DNA of 64,000 bases from Veleropilina oligotropha (Eukaryota). Positions within the stretch are counted from its first letter, which is position 1. Each line of letters opens with the position of its first letter. The position numbers and the translations under genes are program-made. The stretch spans positions 1,488,001 through 1,552,000 of the forward strand of contig JBEUKZ010000054.1 in the NCBI GenBank assembly GCA_048128005.1, given 5' to 3'. The notes beneath the pieces are model-generated. The model saw nothing but the letters and a program-made list of their open reading frames with translations. It had not been told where the DNA came from and ran no database searches. Below are positions 19,250 to 33,700 of the stretch, one piece after another.

Positions 19250-20663
19250 TATTGCATTGGATCTTATTTCTTAAATTTTTATATTTCAGCTCAAATACCC
19301 TACTTGAAACATGTTGCAATTAATACATGCAGTAGAAAGCATGAGGCAGCCATTCTCAGGTGGCCTCGACAGATGCTCACATGGCAGAGCAGTATAACTC
19401 TTTATCTCATCACACAATTTAATGATTACAATCGTGGTACGTACCAATTTAGATCGACTTTTTAACAACACAACACGGTTTTATAACTAAGGTGGGCACC
19501 ACAAACTTGAATTTGATTTACAACAGACAGCCGGGTGAAAGGTCAGGGTCACTTCTGTAGTTGGCGTCCATCTTATATAATAATGAAGAAGAATAACATA
19601 AAAGTACACGTATTTCATAAAAATAAGGTTAAAATGTACAGTACATGTGGCCGCAGGTCAAGTACATCCAGTGTCCTGCATCTACCAGTAACAACACGCA
19701 CAATCAATAATCAAGATTCATGAATAAATTAATATTCGAGTCCACTCTGAGAACAACAGAATGTCTGCCTGCAGTCTACGATGGGAACACAGCAACTGTC
19801 GGCCGCCATCTTTGATTAAAACACGACAAATAAATTGATTTGTCGCCACAGACCTTGATGAGAACTTCATGATTTATCACAATTTCAAACATGCACAATT
19901 CAACATCGGTGATGGCTATGGGGTTCCAGATGCCACTGAATAGAATCACAGATATCGTATGGAACAATGTAGTTTATTCTAGCCCATATACTGACCCACT
20001 TGCGTATCAACCATCTTAATCAACATATTGCTTATAAAAGTATTTCTTTAATAACACATCAGACTGAAGTGATATGATAAAACTCCGCTTGACATTATGT
20101 AGTTTTACTTGTCCAGTTATGGATGACCAATATGGAGATATGGCAGGTCATGTCTAGATTTGCAATGTAAATTAACAGAGGGAATACATCGTCATGTTTA
20201 ACAAATAAAAATATGAGCAATCAATCAATACAAATATTGCCAAAGTTAACACACGTGTACATGATTATGTAGAGCATTATAAATGACCGGTGGACGTTAA
20301 TATCCATGATTACAGCAATATAAAATGGTTGATGGACGTTAATCATGGGCAAACAAGAATGGGTTCAATTTAGTTTATTATATTAGTTGGACGTCAACCA
20401 AGGGTAACAAAAGTGGACAAAAAAATAATGAGTTCAATTTTATTAATAGTAATAATACCAAAAGATTAATTGCTCCAAAATAGTTCACGCCTTCATCGAC
20501 AAACGAATCCAGCAAACACACATCCATGAATATGCATATTGTTACGACCAAGTCCAGCACTCCTGGGTTACGTCATACAATAAACAGGTCACCTGATCTG
20601 GATATCAGAATTTCAGCCAATAGTATTCGATCAGGCCACCCATTCATGGTTTGCTAGACTCCA

Positions 20664-20928
20664 GGCCGCTTCGGTAGCGCAGTGGGTAGAGTGTTCACTC
20701 TAAATTCACTGGCTTGTTTCCGCTGACGCGAACAGTAGTGGGATCGACCCCCGGCTGAGGCAGCACACATTTGTTCAAGTTATGAAGCACAGTTGTCCGT
20801 GACTGGCCGAAGAGGGCGGGTTTACCCGGGCGACCGGGGTTTCCTCCCGCGATAACACGGACATGTCCTGCCTTGAACCTCGATGTTATAAATATACAGG
20901 ACATTAAGCATAATTCCTCCCTCCCTCC
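20664..20928 (+). mobile_element. tRNA-derived SINE
   Basis: A box TAGCGCAGTGG, B box GGATCGACCCC, (CCCT)n tail, 10-bp TSD CTAGACTCCA (20654-20663 and 20929-20938). Confidence 0.85.
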
Positions 20929-21422
20929 CTAGACTCCACGATATCGGAAAATCACCTATAGATAGGTGTCAATTTCACGATTACAATGAGATAACGACTG
21001 CATGCAGGATACGAGCAGCGCACCTAACCTGATATCGGGAGTAGTTGCTGATATATGTGTGATAAGTGCAGCATAATGTAACTCTAATCAGTGGTGAAAT
21101 CGTTCTAGCACATTCACTACATGTGAACTTTCTGCTGTTCCGATAAGATAAATATAGTGACAATGTCATCCGGGTGCAGTGTTTATAAATCTTTATCCCA
21201 AAAACGTTATACCATATCCTTGCAGTTTTCCTGAAAAGGTCATAGTCTATAAATAAATTTTTAAAACTTTGGGTCTTATATTTATAAAAGTTTACCTCAT
21301 GATGCGATATCCACCTGACAATGTTTGGCGCTGATATTCAATCCGTACAAACAAAAACTATAACTAAAACAGAGGACGTACGTGAAAACAGATGATTTAA
21401 AATATACAAAATTAAAGCTTAC

Positions 21423-21581
21423 GTGGTGCCGGAGCATTTCCGCTCGCTCTGCCCGACGGACATCTTCCTCGTTCAAGGAGAGTTCCTCCTCCGCATCAGA
21501 ATACTCGCTCTGAATGTCAAAGTTCATAGGGCTCAACGACACCGTGCTGATGTCCACGTCGCCAGAATGGTGGCGACTCAT
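21423..21581 (-). CDS. ADIPOR: Probable first coding exon of the adiponectin receptor
   Basis: MSRHHSGD...EMLRHH (53 codons, acidic), ending at a GTAAGC donor in phase 0 that matches the phase-0 start of exon 15684. Confidence 0.65.
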
Positions 21582-21924
21582 GGCAAAGTAGCGAGCAAAA
21601 ATAGACAACTGGATCTTGAAATTAAAGTCCTAGAAATTGCAGGAAAAGTTTTTTCAAGGTATTTTTGAATCTTTCCTATGGTGATGATTCTAAAAGATAA
21701 ATCCCCAAAACATATAAGGTCTATAATGATACGACGGGCACAGATTACGGTATGCAATTATGCACAGAAACATGAAACTATTGTATAAAATATTGTAACA
21801 TGTGTTGCTAAGCATAATGAAATGCACCTCGACGACGTTTACATATATATATAACATCAACAAATCAATATATCAACAGCCTCGTTAGATCTTTACGTTT
21901 CAAACTGCAGATAATAACAGGAAA

Positions 21925-22552
21925 GATAATCCATGACCGCCACATCCCGCAAGATAATCCATGACCGCCACATCCCGCAAGATAATCCATGACCGCCACA
22001 TCCCACATTCTTAATACCACCACATCCCGCATTCTTAATACCACCACATCCCGCATTCTTAATACCACCACAGACTGCATTCTTAATACGTGTACCACCA
22101 CATCCCGCATTCTTAATACCGCCACATCCCGCATTCTTAATACCGCCACATCCCGCATTTTTAATACCACCACATCCCGCATTCTTAATACCACCACATC
22201 CCACATTCTTAATACCACCACATCCTGCATTCTTAATACCACCACATCTCACATTCTTAATACCACCACATCTCACATTCTTAATACCACCACAGACTGC
22301 ATTCTTAATATGTGTACCACCACATCCCGCATTCTTAATACCCCCCACATCCCGCATTCTTAATACCACCACATCCCGCATTTTTAATACCACCACATCC
22401 CGCATTCTTAATACCACCACATCCCACATTCTTAATACCACCACATCCTGCATTCTTAATACCACCACATCTCACATTCTTAATACCACCACATCTCACA
22501 TTCTTAATACCACCACATCCTGCATTCTTAATACCACCACATCCCGCATTCA
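21925..22552. repeat. Minisatellite, 24-bp unit CACATCCCGCATTCTTAATACCAC, preceded by three related 28-bp units
   Basis: Tandem repetition visible directly in the sequence. Confidence 0.95.
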
Positions 22553-23829
22553 TACATACCCCAAAAAAGAAGAGGATAGGGATAGATACCCAAAATAGTT
22601 TTTATATATATATATATATATTTTGTGATTGTCAGAACGCGATATTCTGCGACATACTAACATCGTCACTGAAAAGATCTGATGGTTGTTGCCATATGAA
22701 TTTCGTGACTTAATTTCTAATAAAATATAATACGCCAAAGAATAAATTATATCAATAAAAACAGACAAGTCTTTTTATTTCATAACATTTGCTTAATTAA
22801 TCGACACCCAACTTGGAGTCGTATGCTATCTAGGTCACTGCTACATGTATTGGTACAGCGGCAAAACCTCACCTCAGAATACTACGTAGTGTTCTATTTA
22901 TAGAAATCTCTCATCATTTAGCCGAAAGTAAAATGTGTTCAGTATTTGACCCGAGTTTGCAGAGTTAACCAATCAAGAGTCGCCAAAACGGAAAATGCTA
23001 GCTATTTTGCATAACCCGAAGATGACGTGCCAAGCGAGGTTACATGGGCAAGGATCCAGGCAGAATGAATATTTGCAATGTTGAATATTATTAAATGACT
23101 ATATTCATAAATTATTTACACACGCATTACTAAATAAGTGAAATTATTCTAACTTTGGCCAAAATAATGCAATACATAAACTCGCGGATGCGAGGTTTTT
23201 ATAGGACGTTATCACGTATCGATAAAATGTCGCCCGGAAATTACATTGATATGATTTTCGACAGTCGACTAGTGAAAGGAAAGCTTTATTAGTCTTTAAA
23301 TAAATGTGTTCTGACGACATTTATGAAGTTACGTGTCGTCCTGTGTTATCTGCTCAGATATCAGGAGAGGCCGTTTCACAGTGCATGCAGTGAGGAAAAT
23401 ATAAATTTTCTACGAGGCGGGGAACTTAAGGTCCCCACCACGTACCGTTGACCTATGGTCGCAAATAAGTCTACCCAAAAATATATTCCTGGCGGAAACC
23501 CCGACTATATACAATAACTTTATACGTGGTAGCTGAAGGAATATTAATATTCAATTGAAACATGCTAAAACATGTAAAACATAAATAATAATATCTCTTT
23601 GTATGACATTGTATAAATAATAATAATAACAAGTGATTTCCACTAAGTGGCAATTGTCCCCCGCCCGTATTATTGACCACATATACATTTTTGCCCGCTG
23701 TGTATTCAGTAACTCAATGAGAATTCATTAATTAAGCAAGATTTCCTGCCACCAGAGGCTACAGAGATAGATATGCACCCCGAGACTAAGTGCAAATACA
23801 TGTACGTCAAGTAAATTAAATAATTCTCT

Positions 23830-25825
23830 TTCCCATTATCGCCTTGTGGTTAGTTGATCTGTGAAGTTTCAGAAAGCTAACATTTTTCTAAATGGAAAAT
23901 TTAGTTGTGAGAGAATTGATAAATTTATTACATGCAGAGACTATGTTTTAAATCAGCAAAATTCAGCATTAAATCAAGCCTTGAAGGTTTAAAATATCCC
24001 CAATATTTGAACTTGATCTACCCCATGATGGGGTTAGTTGATCTGTAAAATTTCAGAAAGCTAGTACCTCTGTAAATGAAATAAGGGCATGTGAGAAAAT
24101 TTACCACATCCATGCTTGCAGAGACTATGTATAAAATTGACAAAAAATCCTTGAATTTAACAAAAAAAATTCCCCATATATTCGAAAAGGAAAAAAGGAT
24201 CAATGCTTATTGTCCTGTATATTTCCAACTTATTTAGGTTCAAATCAGGACATGTCCGTATTATCGCGGAAGGAAAGCCTGCCCTCTTGGACCAGTTGTG
24301 TACAACTGTGATTCATAACTTGAACAAATAATGTCATGCCCCAGCCAGGGTTTGAACCCAGTGGCAATACTTTTCACGCTAGCGGAATCAAACCAGTGAC
24401 TTTCTGAGTCCACACCGATACCACACAGCTGTCAAAGCGGCCCCCATATTCGAATTTGATTTACTCCATGACAGCTAGCATTTCCCTAATTTGAAAAAGC
24501 TAATTGAGAGAAAATTGACAATGTTCATCCATGCTTCCAGACTATATTCAATATCACGAAAGACCTAAAAGTTTTCAAAATAAATTCCTAATATTCGAAC
24601 TTGATCTACCCAATGATGTGATTAATTGATCGGTAAAGTTTCAGAAAGCTAGATATTCTCAACATGAAAACAAGAAATTCCGCAGAATTATATATCTCGC
24701 CCACCCCGGCTTACCTTGAAAGGGGCCACATTTTCAGTTTGCAAAGCAAGAATTCAGAAGAACTACCTATGCAATGCTGATCCAAATATAGTTGTAGCAA
24801 GACTTAAAGTTTAAGAGAAACAGAAATAAAAACAAAATCTTATTATATATACTCGAGATTAAATATATTTGCAGCAGCTAAACCATGACAAAATAATAGT
24901 ATCCCAGCCTATTGTCAGGGGACACAATGACTTGAACCTTGACCAGCTGAGGAGAGTGATATTAGACCCTGGATACAGTCTGTTCTTGTCATGACAATAT
25001 ACACTGCCATCTCATGATACCCATGGAATAAACCAGTGGGGAAGCCAGTTTTCAAAATCCATCTGATTTTGATAAACCCAGCTTCACAGAGTGACCATTA
25101 AGCTTAACAGCTTAATGTGGCCTATTGGCACTGTGCAAGTCTTACATATAAGCACATGTCCCTTTCATCGTACACACATAATACTACAAAAATATCTCTG
25201 TTTCTTTTCAATCCTCAATATTTCAAGGCATAATTAAACAGGTTTTTACACGTGAAGTTTAATATTGAACTGATGTACGTTGCAGTGGAGAGATATCAAT
25301 ATATCATCTGGAAACAATACACAAAACATTCACACAATAATTAAACTTTGGGGGGGGGGGGGGGGGTGAGGGGAAAAAGCAATACCTATCTCCTTTCCAA
25401 CGTGCAAGACAAAAATTGAAAATCACATCCATGCTTCCAGAGACTATGTTCAAACGTCCTGAAAAGTCACAAAAAAACCATGCTTTAAAAATAAACTTGA
25501 TATACCCAGAAATATACTAGAAAGCTAGTACTTCTCTAAATGTAAAAAACAATGTGAGAAATTATTACCACATCCATGCTTCCAGAGACTAAGTTCAAAA
25601 TTGCAGAAAAGTCGCCACGAAAGACCTAAACGTTTTAAAAATAAATTTCCAATATTCGAACTTGATCTACCCAATGATGTGGTTAGTTCATCTGTAAAGT
25701 TTCGTAAAGCTCGCATTTCTCTAAATGGCAAAAAAAGATGTGGGAAAATCTTGGACGGACGGACGCACGCACGAACGCGGATTCAATGTACACTGACCGC
25801 CCGATAGGCATCGGGGGACAATAAG
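23830..25825. repeat. Degenerate repeat units of HINE-like element(s)
   Basis: Recurring GTTGATCTGTAAAGTTTCAGAAAGCTAG...CATCCATGCTTCCAGAGACTA blocks; GGAC microsatellite and GGGGGACAATAA end near 25750-25825. Confidence 0.55.
24202..24442 (-). mobile_element. Diverged second copy of the tRNA-derived SINE
   Basis: Reverse complement matches 20664-20915 (GGCCGCTT..., TTTGTTCAAGTTATGAA, CGCGATAA.ACGGACATGTCCTG). Confidence 0.8.
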
Positions 25826-27752
25826 AATATTTAAAATATCATTATGTAAATGATTTCATGACATTATTCATTAATTTCTATTAAAGAACAAGATACCAGT
25901 ATTAACATTGATTGAAGAAAAGATTGATTTTTGATACATCAAGCAAATTTATTACTTTAATCTACTACACAGTTACCTTGTTTAAAACACAGCTGTGATG
26001 TCATCAATTGTTCTTTTTGTACTTTATCCCAGAGTTTTCAGAACGTTTACCTGTAGCTGGTTTATATGTGACTCGATTATTGGACAGTCAATTTACAACA
26101 AAGGCTCTTTTGTCTTAATAAAGGACACTTATATTTCAATATAAACCAGTCTGCTGGGAGCCGTTGCATCTATTGCATTATCAATTAACATCTCCGATCT
26201 CAACCAATAGGAGCGTGCAAAGAACAATGGATGACATCACAGCTTTTGTTTTAAATTAGAGATAAACCTCAAACTGTACAATATGTTGACGAAAGGTTTC
26301 GGCCGCTAACTCGGCCTCAACCTTTCCTCAACATATTGTACAGTTTTGGCTCATCTCCATAACATATATGAGGTTCCTGTCCTTAACAAGTACTGAAAAA
26401 TATTAATGGAGACTTACGAGGCCACTTGTCTCATTGAAAATCCATCACAAATTCAATGCAAAGCTATAAAAGTTAAGTAGTGCTCAAGCGTCACACCTGT
26501 TGAACTGATCACATCCATTATGATGTCACCCGCCCACATAGAAACACGTTTAATAATCATGATAAAATCACCAGCGAGCTGCCATTCGACATCTGTTACC
26601 GGCCCGTCCATGGTAAATAGACAATTAATGCGACATATTGATGTCGTCAATTTTTGAAATCAAGGAAATTTGTTGTAATAGCTATAATATTAATTACCTT
26701 CGTCAAGGACGTTACGTTTTAATGGCATTTATTTAATTTCAGCAGGATTACTCAAGAATTTATTAATGACTCTTGGTGAAATTTTTGGAATGGGTTGAAC
26801 GTTTTTGCCTAAGAATCAGTTGAAAAGATTTGGAGGTGATCGGGAATTGATGCCAGTGCTAATGAAGCTACCATTTAATATTTACAGTAAATTACTAGTG
26901 ATGCAAAATACATAATTTTCTAGTTAAGAAAGACTTCCTGACGGAAAGATGCAGAATGACGGAAATTCTAAGCAGAGGTCACACGAGATGCACATCATTC
27001 CCACAATTCATAATTCAATGCATTAGCACGTTCACAAAACCACAAAAGGTTGAAACTTGGGTAATTACATCCTACTGTACATATATATATCATTGTCATT
27101 TATCAGTAGGAATAATCCTGAATTACAGGGCGGGTTGTGACAAAATAAAGACCCATATGCTTGGTCATTGCTGAGTGCCAATAAATGCATTAAGATGATC
27201 GTAATCCGATAAATGTTTAACTAGTATTTTATGAAGTTCAATCCTGTAAATATTGAACATCGAGAATATTAATCAGTTCATCTTCTATCGCAGATTGAAT
27301 CCTCACGCTGCCCGTCTAATTTAGTTGATATATACATTTTACCTGCAGAGATATTCACCACAGATCTCCTGTATGATTTAGTAGTTAGATGCTCTATAAT
27401 ATATATGAAAAAAGATGTGACGTCATACAAAAAAATATGTTCATGAAAGTGATCAGCACAAGTTTGAAATAAATGTACCGACAGTCTTTTTAAATAGTTA
27501 TACCAAGATGATTATAATAAATATTATTCATAAATATCTGGACTCGTGGAGGATCTAGCAAATCGTTACTGCTGCACAGGAAGCGTGTCCAGCATTCTCA
27601 AAATTTCTACCATACCAGAAGTTGGGCCCATTGAATTGAAACCATAAAAATACATAAGCCAAAGAAGATACACATACATGCGCACACACGATCACTCCAT
27701 GACTTTATCATTGATGCCCTATAATTTCAATCCAGGGAGAAGCCCGACTGTC

Positions 27753-30700
27753 TGTCCCAATGGTCGGTATCATTAATCCCTGCACACCACGACTGCCGGG
27801 GGTTCATCTACTAGTGGTCGGTATCATTAATCCCTACACACCACGACTGCTGGGGTTCATGTCCCAGTGGTCGGTATCATTAATCCCTGCACACCACGAC
27901 TGCCGGGGGTTCATCTACTAGTGGTCGGTATCATTAATCCCTGCACACCATGACTGCCAGGGGGTTCATGTCCCAGTGGTCGGTATCATTAATCCCTGCA
28001 CACCACGACTGCCGGGGGTTCATCTACTAGTGGTCGGTATCATTAATCCCTGCACACCATGACTGCCAGGGGGTTCATGTCCCAGTGGTCGGTATCATTA
28101 ATCCCTGCACACCACGACTGCCGGGGGTTCATCTACTAGTGGTCGGTATCATTAATCCCTGCACACCATGACTGCCAGGGGGTTCATGTCCCAGTGGTCG
28201 GTATCATTAATCCCTGCACACCACGACTGCCGGGGGTTCATCTACTAGTGGTCGGTATCATTAATCCCTGCACACCATGACTGCCAGGGGGTTCATGTCC
28301 CAGTGGTCGGTATCATTAATCCCTGCATACCACGACTGCCGGGGGTTCATCTACTAGTGGTCGGTATCATTAATCCCTGCACACCACGACTGCTGGGGGT
28401 CATGTCCCAGTGGTCGGTATCATTAATCCCTGCACACCACGACTGCCGGGGGTTCATCTACTAGTGGTCTGTATCATTAATCCCTGCACACCATGACTGC
28501 CGGGGGTTCATGTCCCAGTGGTCGGTATCATTAATCCCTGCACACCACGCCTGCCGGGGGTTCATCTACTAGTGGTCGGTATCATTAATCCCTGCACACC
28601 ATGACTGCCAGGGGGTTCATGTCCCAGTGGTCGGTATCATTAATCCCTGCACACCACGACTGCCGGGGGTTCATCTACTAGTGGTCGGTATCATTAATCC
28701 CTGCACACCATGACTGCCAGGGGGTTCATGTCCCAGTGGTCGGTATCATTAATCCCTGCATACCACGACTGCCGGGGGTTCATCTACTAGTGGTCGGTAT
28801 CATTAATCCCTGCACACCACGACTGCTGGGGGTCATGTCCCAGTGGTCGGTATCATTAATCCCTGCACACCACGACTGCCGGGGGTTCATCTACTAGTGG
28901 TCGGTATCATTAATCCCTGCACACCATGACTGCCAGGGGGTTCATGTCCCAGTGGTCGGTATCATTAATCCCTGCATACCACGACTGCTGGCGTTCATGT
29001 CCCAGTGGTCGGTATCATTAATCCCTACACACCACGACTGCTGGGGTTCATGTCCCAGTGGTCGGTATCATTAATCCCTGCACACCACGACTGCTGGTGG
29101 TTCATGTCCCAGTGGTCGGTATCATTAATCCCTGCACACCACGACTGCTGGGGGTTCATGTCCCAGTGGTCGGTATCATTAATCCCTGCACATCACGACT
29201 GCCGGGGGTTCATGTCCCAGTGGTCGGTATCATTAATCCCTGCATACCACGACTGTCAGGGGTTCATGTCCCAGTGGTCGGTATCATTAATCCCTGCACA
29301 CCACGACTGTCGGGGGTTCATGTCCCAGTGGTCGGTATCATTAATCCCTGCACACCACGACTGCCGGGGGGTCATGTCCCAGTGGTCGGTATCATTAATC
29401 CCCCGCACACCACGACTGCTGGGGTTCATGTCCCAGTGGTCGGTATCATTAATCCCTACACACCACGACTGCCGGGGTTCATGTCCCAGTGGTCGGTATC
29501 ATTAATCCCTGCACACCACGACTGCCGGGGTTCATGTCCCAGTGGTCGGTATCATTAATCCCTGCACACCACGACTGCTGGGGTTCATGTCCCAGTGGTC
29601 GGTATCATTAATCCCTGAACACCACGACTGTCAGGGATTCATGTCCCAGTGGTCGGTATCATTAATCCCTGCACACCACGACTGCTGGGGTTCATCTACT
29701 AGTGGTCGGTATCATTAATCCCTACACACCACGACTGCTGGGGGTTCATGTCCCAGTGGTCGATATCATTAATCCCTGCACACCACGACTGCCGGGGTTC
29801 ATGTCCCAGTGGTCGGTATCATTAATCCCTACACACCATGACTGCCAGGGGGTTCATGTCCCAGTGATCGGTATCATTAATCCCTGCACACCACGACTGC
29901 CGGGGGTTCATGTCCCAGTGGTCGGTATCATTAATCCCTGCACACCACGACTGCCAGGGGGTTCATGTCCCAGTGGTCGGTATCATTAATCCCCGCATAC
30001 CATGACTGCCGGGGTTCATGTCCCAGTGGTCGGTATCGTTAATCCCTGCACACCACGACTGCCGGGGGTTCATGTCCCAGTGGTCGGTATCATTAATCCC
30101 TGCACACCACGACTGCCGGGGGTTCATGTCCCAGTGATCGGTATCATTAATCCCTGCATACCACGACTGCCAGGGGGTTCATGTCCCAGTGGTCGGTATC
30201 ATTAATCCCTACACACCACGACTGCCGGGGTTCATGTCCCAGTGGTCGGTATCGTTAATCCCTGCACACCACGACTGCCGGGGGTTCATGTCCCAGTGGT
30301 CGGTATCATTAATCCCTGCACACCACGACTGCCGGGGGTTCATGTCCCAGTGGTCGGTATCATTAATCCCCGCACACCATGACTGCCGGGGGTTCATGTC
30401 CCAGTGGTCGGTATCATTAATCCCTGCACATCACGACTGCCGGGGTTCATGTCCCAGTGGTCGGTATCATTAATCCCTGCATACCACGACTGCTGGGGAT
30501 TCATGTCCCAGTGGTCGGTATCATTAATCCCTGCACACCACGACTGCTGGTGGTTCATGTCCCAGTGGTCGGTATCATTAATCCCTGCACACCACGACTG
30601 TCGGGGTTCATGTCCCAGTGGTCGGTATCATTAATCCCTGCATACCACGACTGCTGGGGTTCATGTCCCAGTGGTCGGTATCATTAATCCCTGCACACCA

Positions 30701-33700
30701 CGACTGTCGGGGTTCATGTCCCAGTGGTCGGTATCATTAATCCCTGCATACCACGACTGCCGGGGGTTCATGTCCTAGTGGTCGGTATCATTAATCCCTG
30801 AACACCACGACTGCTGGTGGTTCATGTCCCAGTGGTCGGTATCATTAATCCCTGCACACCACGACTGTCGGGGTTCATGTCCCAGTGGTCGGTATCATTA
30901 ATCCCTGCATACCACGACTGCCGGGGGTTCATGTCCTAGTGGTCGGTATCATTAATCCCTGAACACCACGACTGCTGGTGGTTCATGTCCCAGTGGGCGG
31001 TATCATTAATCCCTGCCCACCACGACTGCTGGTGGTTCATGTCCCAGTGGTCGGTATCATTAATCCCTGCACACCACGACTGCTGGGGTTCATGTCCCAG
31101 TGGTCGGTATCATTAATCCCTACACACCACGACTGCCGGGGTTCATGTCCCAGTGGTCGGTATCATTAATCCCTGCATACCACGACTGCCGGGGATTCAT
31201 GTCCCAGTGGTCGGTATCATTAATCCCTACACACCACGACTGCTGGGGTTCATGTCGCAGTGGTCGGTATCATTAATCCCTGCACATCACGACTGCTGGG
31301 GTTCATGTCCCAGTGGTCGGTATCATTAATCCCCGCACACCACGACTGCCGGGGTTCATGTCCCAGTGGTCGGTATCATTAATCCCTGCACACCATGACT
31401 GCCGGGGTGCATGTCCCAGTGGTCGATATCATTAATCCCCGCACACCATGACTGCCAGGGGTTCATGTCCCAGTGGTCGGTATCATTAATCCCTGCACAC
31501 CACGACTGCCGGGGTTCATGTCCCAGTGGTCGGTATCATTAATCCCTGCATACCACGACTGCTGGGGGTTCATGTCCCAGTGGTCGGTATCATTAATCCC
31601 TGCACACCACGACTGCCGGGGTTCATGTCCCAGTGGTCGATATCATTAATCCCTGCACACCACGACTGCCAGGGGTTCATGTCCCAGTGGTCGGTATCAT
31701 TAATCCCTGCACACCACGACTGCCAGGGGTTCATGTCCCAGTGGTCGGTATCATTAATCCCCGCACACCACGACTGCTGGGGGTTCATGTCCCAGTGGTC
31801 GGTATCATTAATCCCCGCACACCACGACTGCTGGGGGTTCATGTCCCAGTGGTCGGCATCATTAATCCCTGCACACCACGACTGCTGGGGTTCATGTCCC
31901 AGTGGGCGGTATCATTAATCCCTGCACACCACGACTGCTGGGGTTCATGTCCCAGTGGTCAGTATCATTAATCCCCGCACACCACGACTGCTGGGGTTAA
32001 TGTCCCAGTGGTCGGTATCATTAATCCCTGCACACCACGACTGCTGGGGTTCATGTCCCAGTGGTCGGTATCATTAATCCCTGCACACCACGACTGTCGG
32101 GGGTTCATGTCCCAGTGGTCGGTATCATTAATCCCTGCACACCATGACTGCTGGGGTTCATGTCCCAGTGGTCGGTATCATTAATCCCCCGCACACCATG
32201 ACTGCTGGGGTTCATGTCGCAGTGGTTGGTATCATTAATCCCTGCACACCACGACTGCCAGGGGTTCATGTCCCAGTGGTCGGTATCATTAATCCCTACA
32301 CACCACGACTGCTGGGGTTCATGTCCCAGTGGTCGATATCATTAATCCCTGCACACCACGACTGCCGGGGGTTCATGTCCCAGTGGTCGGTATCATTAAT
32401 CCCTGCACACCACGACTGCTGGTGGTTCATGTCCCAGTGGTCGGTATCATTAATCCCTGCACACCACGACTGTCGGGGTTCATGTCCCAGTGGTCGGTAT
32501 CATTAATCCCTGCATACCACGACTGCTGGGGTTCATGTCCCAGTGGTCGGTATCATTAATCCCTGCACACCACGACTGTCGGGGTTCATGTCCCAGTGGT
32601 CGGTATCATTAATCCCTGCATACCACGACTGCCGGGGGTTCATGTCCTAGTGGTCGGTATCATTAATCCCTGAACACCACGACTGCTGGTGGTTCATGTC
32701 CCAGTGGTCGGTATCATTAATCCCTGCACACCACGACTGTCGGGGTTCATGTCCCAGTGGTCGGTATCATTAATCCCTGCATACCACGACTGCCGGGGGT
32801 TCATGTCCTAGTGGTCGGTATCATTAATCCCTGAACACCACGACTGCTGGTGGTTCATGTCCCAGTGGGCGGTATCATTAATCCCTGCCCACCACGACTG
32901 CTGGTGGTTCATGTCCCAGTGGTCGGTATCATTAATCCCTGCACACCACGACTGCTGGGGTTCATGTCCCAGTGGTCGGTATCATTAATCCCTACACACC
33001 ACGACTGCCGGGGTTCATGTCCCAGTGGTCGGTATCATTAATCCCTGCATACCACGACTGCCGGGGATTCATGTCCCAGTGGTCGGTATCATTAATCCCT
33101 ACACACCACGACTGCTGGGGTTCATGTCGCAGTGGTCGGTATCATTAATCCCTGCACATCACGACTGCTGGGGTTCATGTCCCAGTGGTCGGTATCATTA
33201 ATCCCCGCACACCACGACTGCCGGGGTTCATGTCCCAGTGGTCGGTATCATTAATCCCTGCACACCATGACTGCCGGGGTGCATGTCCCAGTGGTCGATA
33301 TCATTAATCCCCGCACACCATGACTGCCAGGGGTTCATGTCCCAGTGGTCGGTATCATTAATCCCTGCACACCACGACTGCCGGGGTTCATGTCCCAGTG
33401 GTCGGTATCATTAATCCCTGCATACCACGACTGCTGGGGGTTCATGTCCCAGTGGTCGGTATCATTAATCCCTGCACACCACGACTGCCGGGGTTCATGT
33501 CCCAGTGGTCGATATCATTAATCCCTGCACACCACGACTGCCAGGGGTTCATGTCCCAGTGGTCGGTATCATTAATCCCTGCACACCACGACTGCCAGGG
33601 GTTCATGTCCCAGTGGTCGGTATCATTAATCCCCGCACACCACGACTGCTGGGGGTTCATGTCCCAGTGGTCGGTATCATTAATCCCCGCACACCACGAC

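Noticed and set aside
20664..20760. Functional tRNA gene
   Set aside because: A and B boxes are followed by a SINE body, tail and TSD, and a second diverged copy exists.
21865..22553. Cys/Gly-rich or Val-rich repeat proteins
   Set aside because: Translations of a 24-bp minisatellite that are open in several frames.
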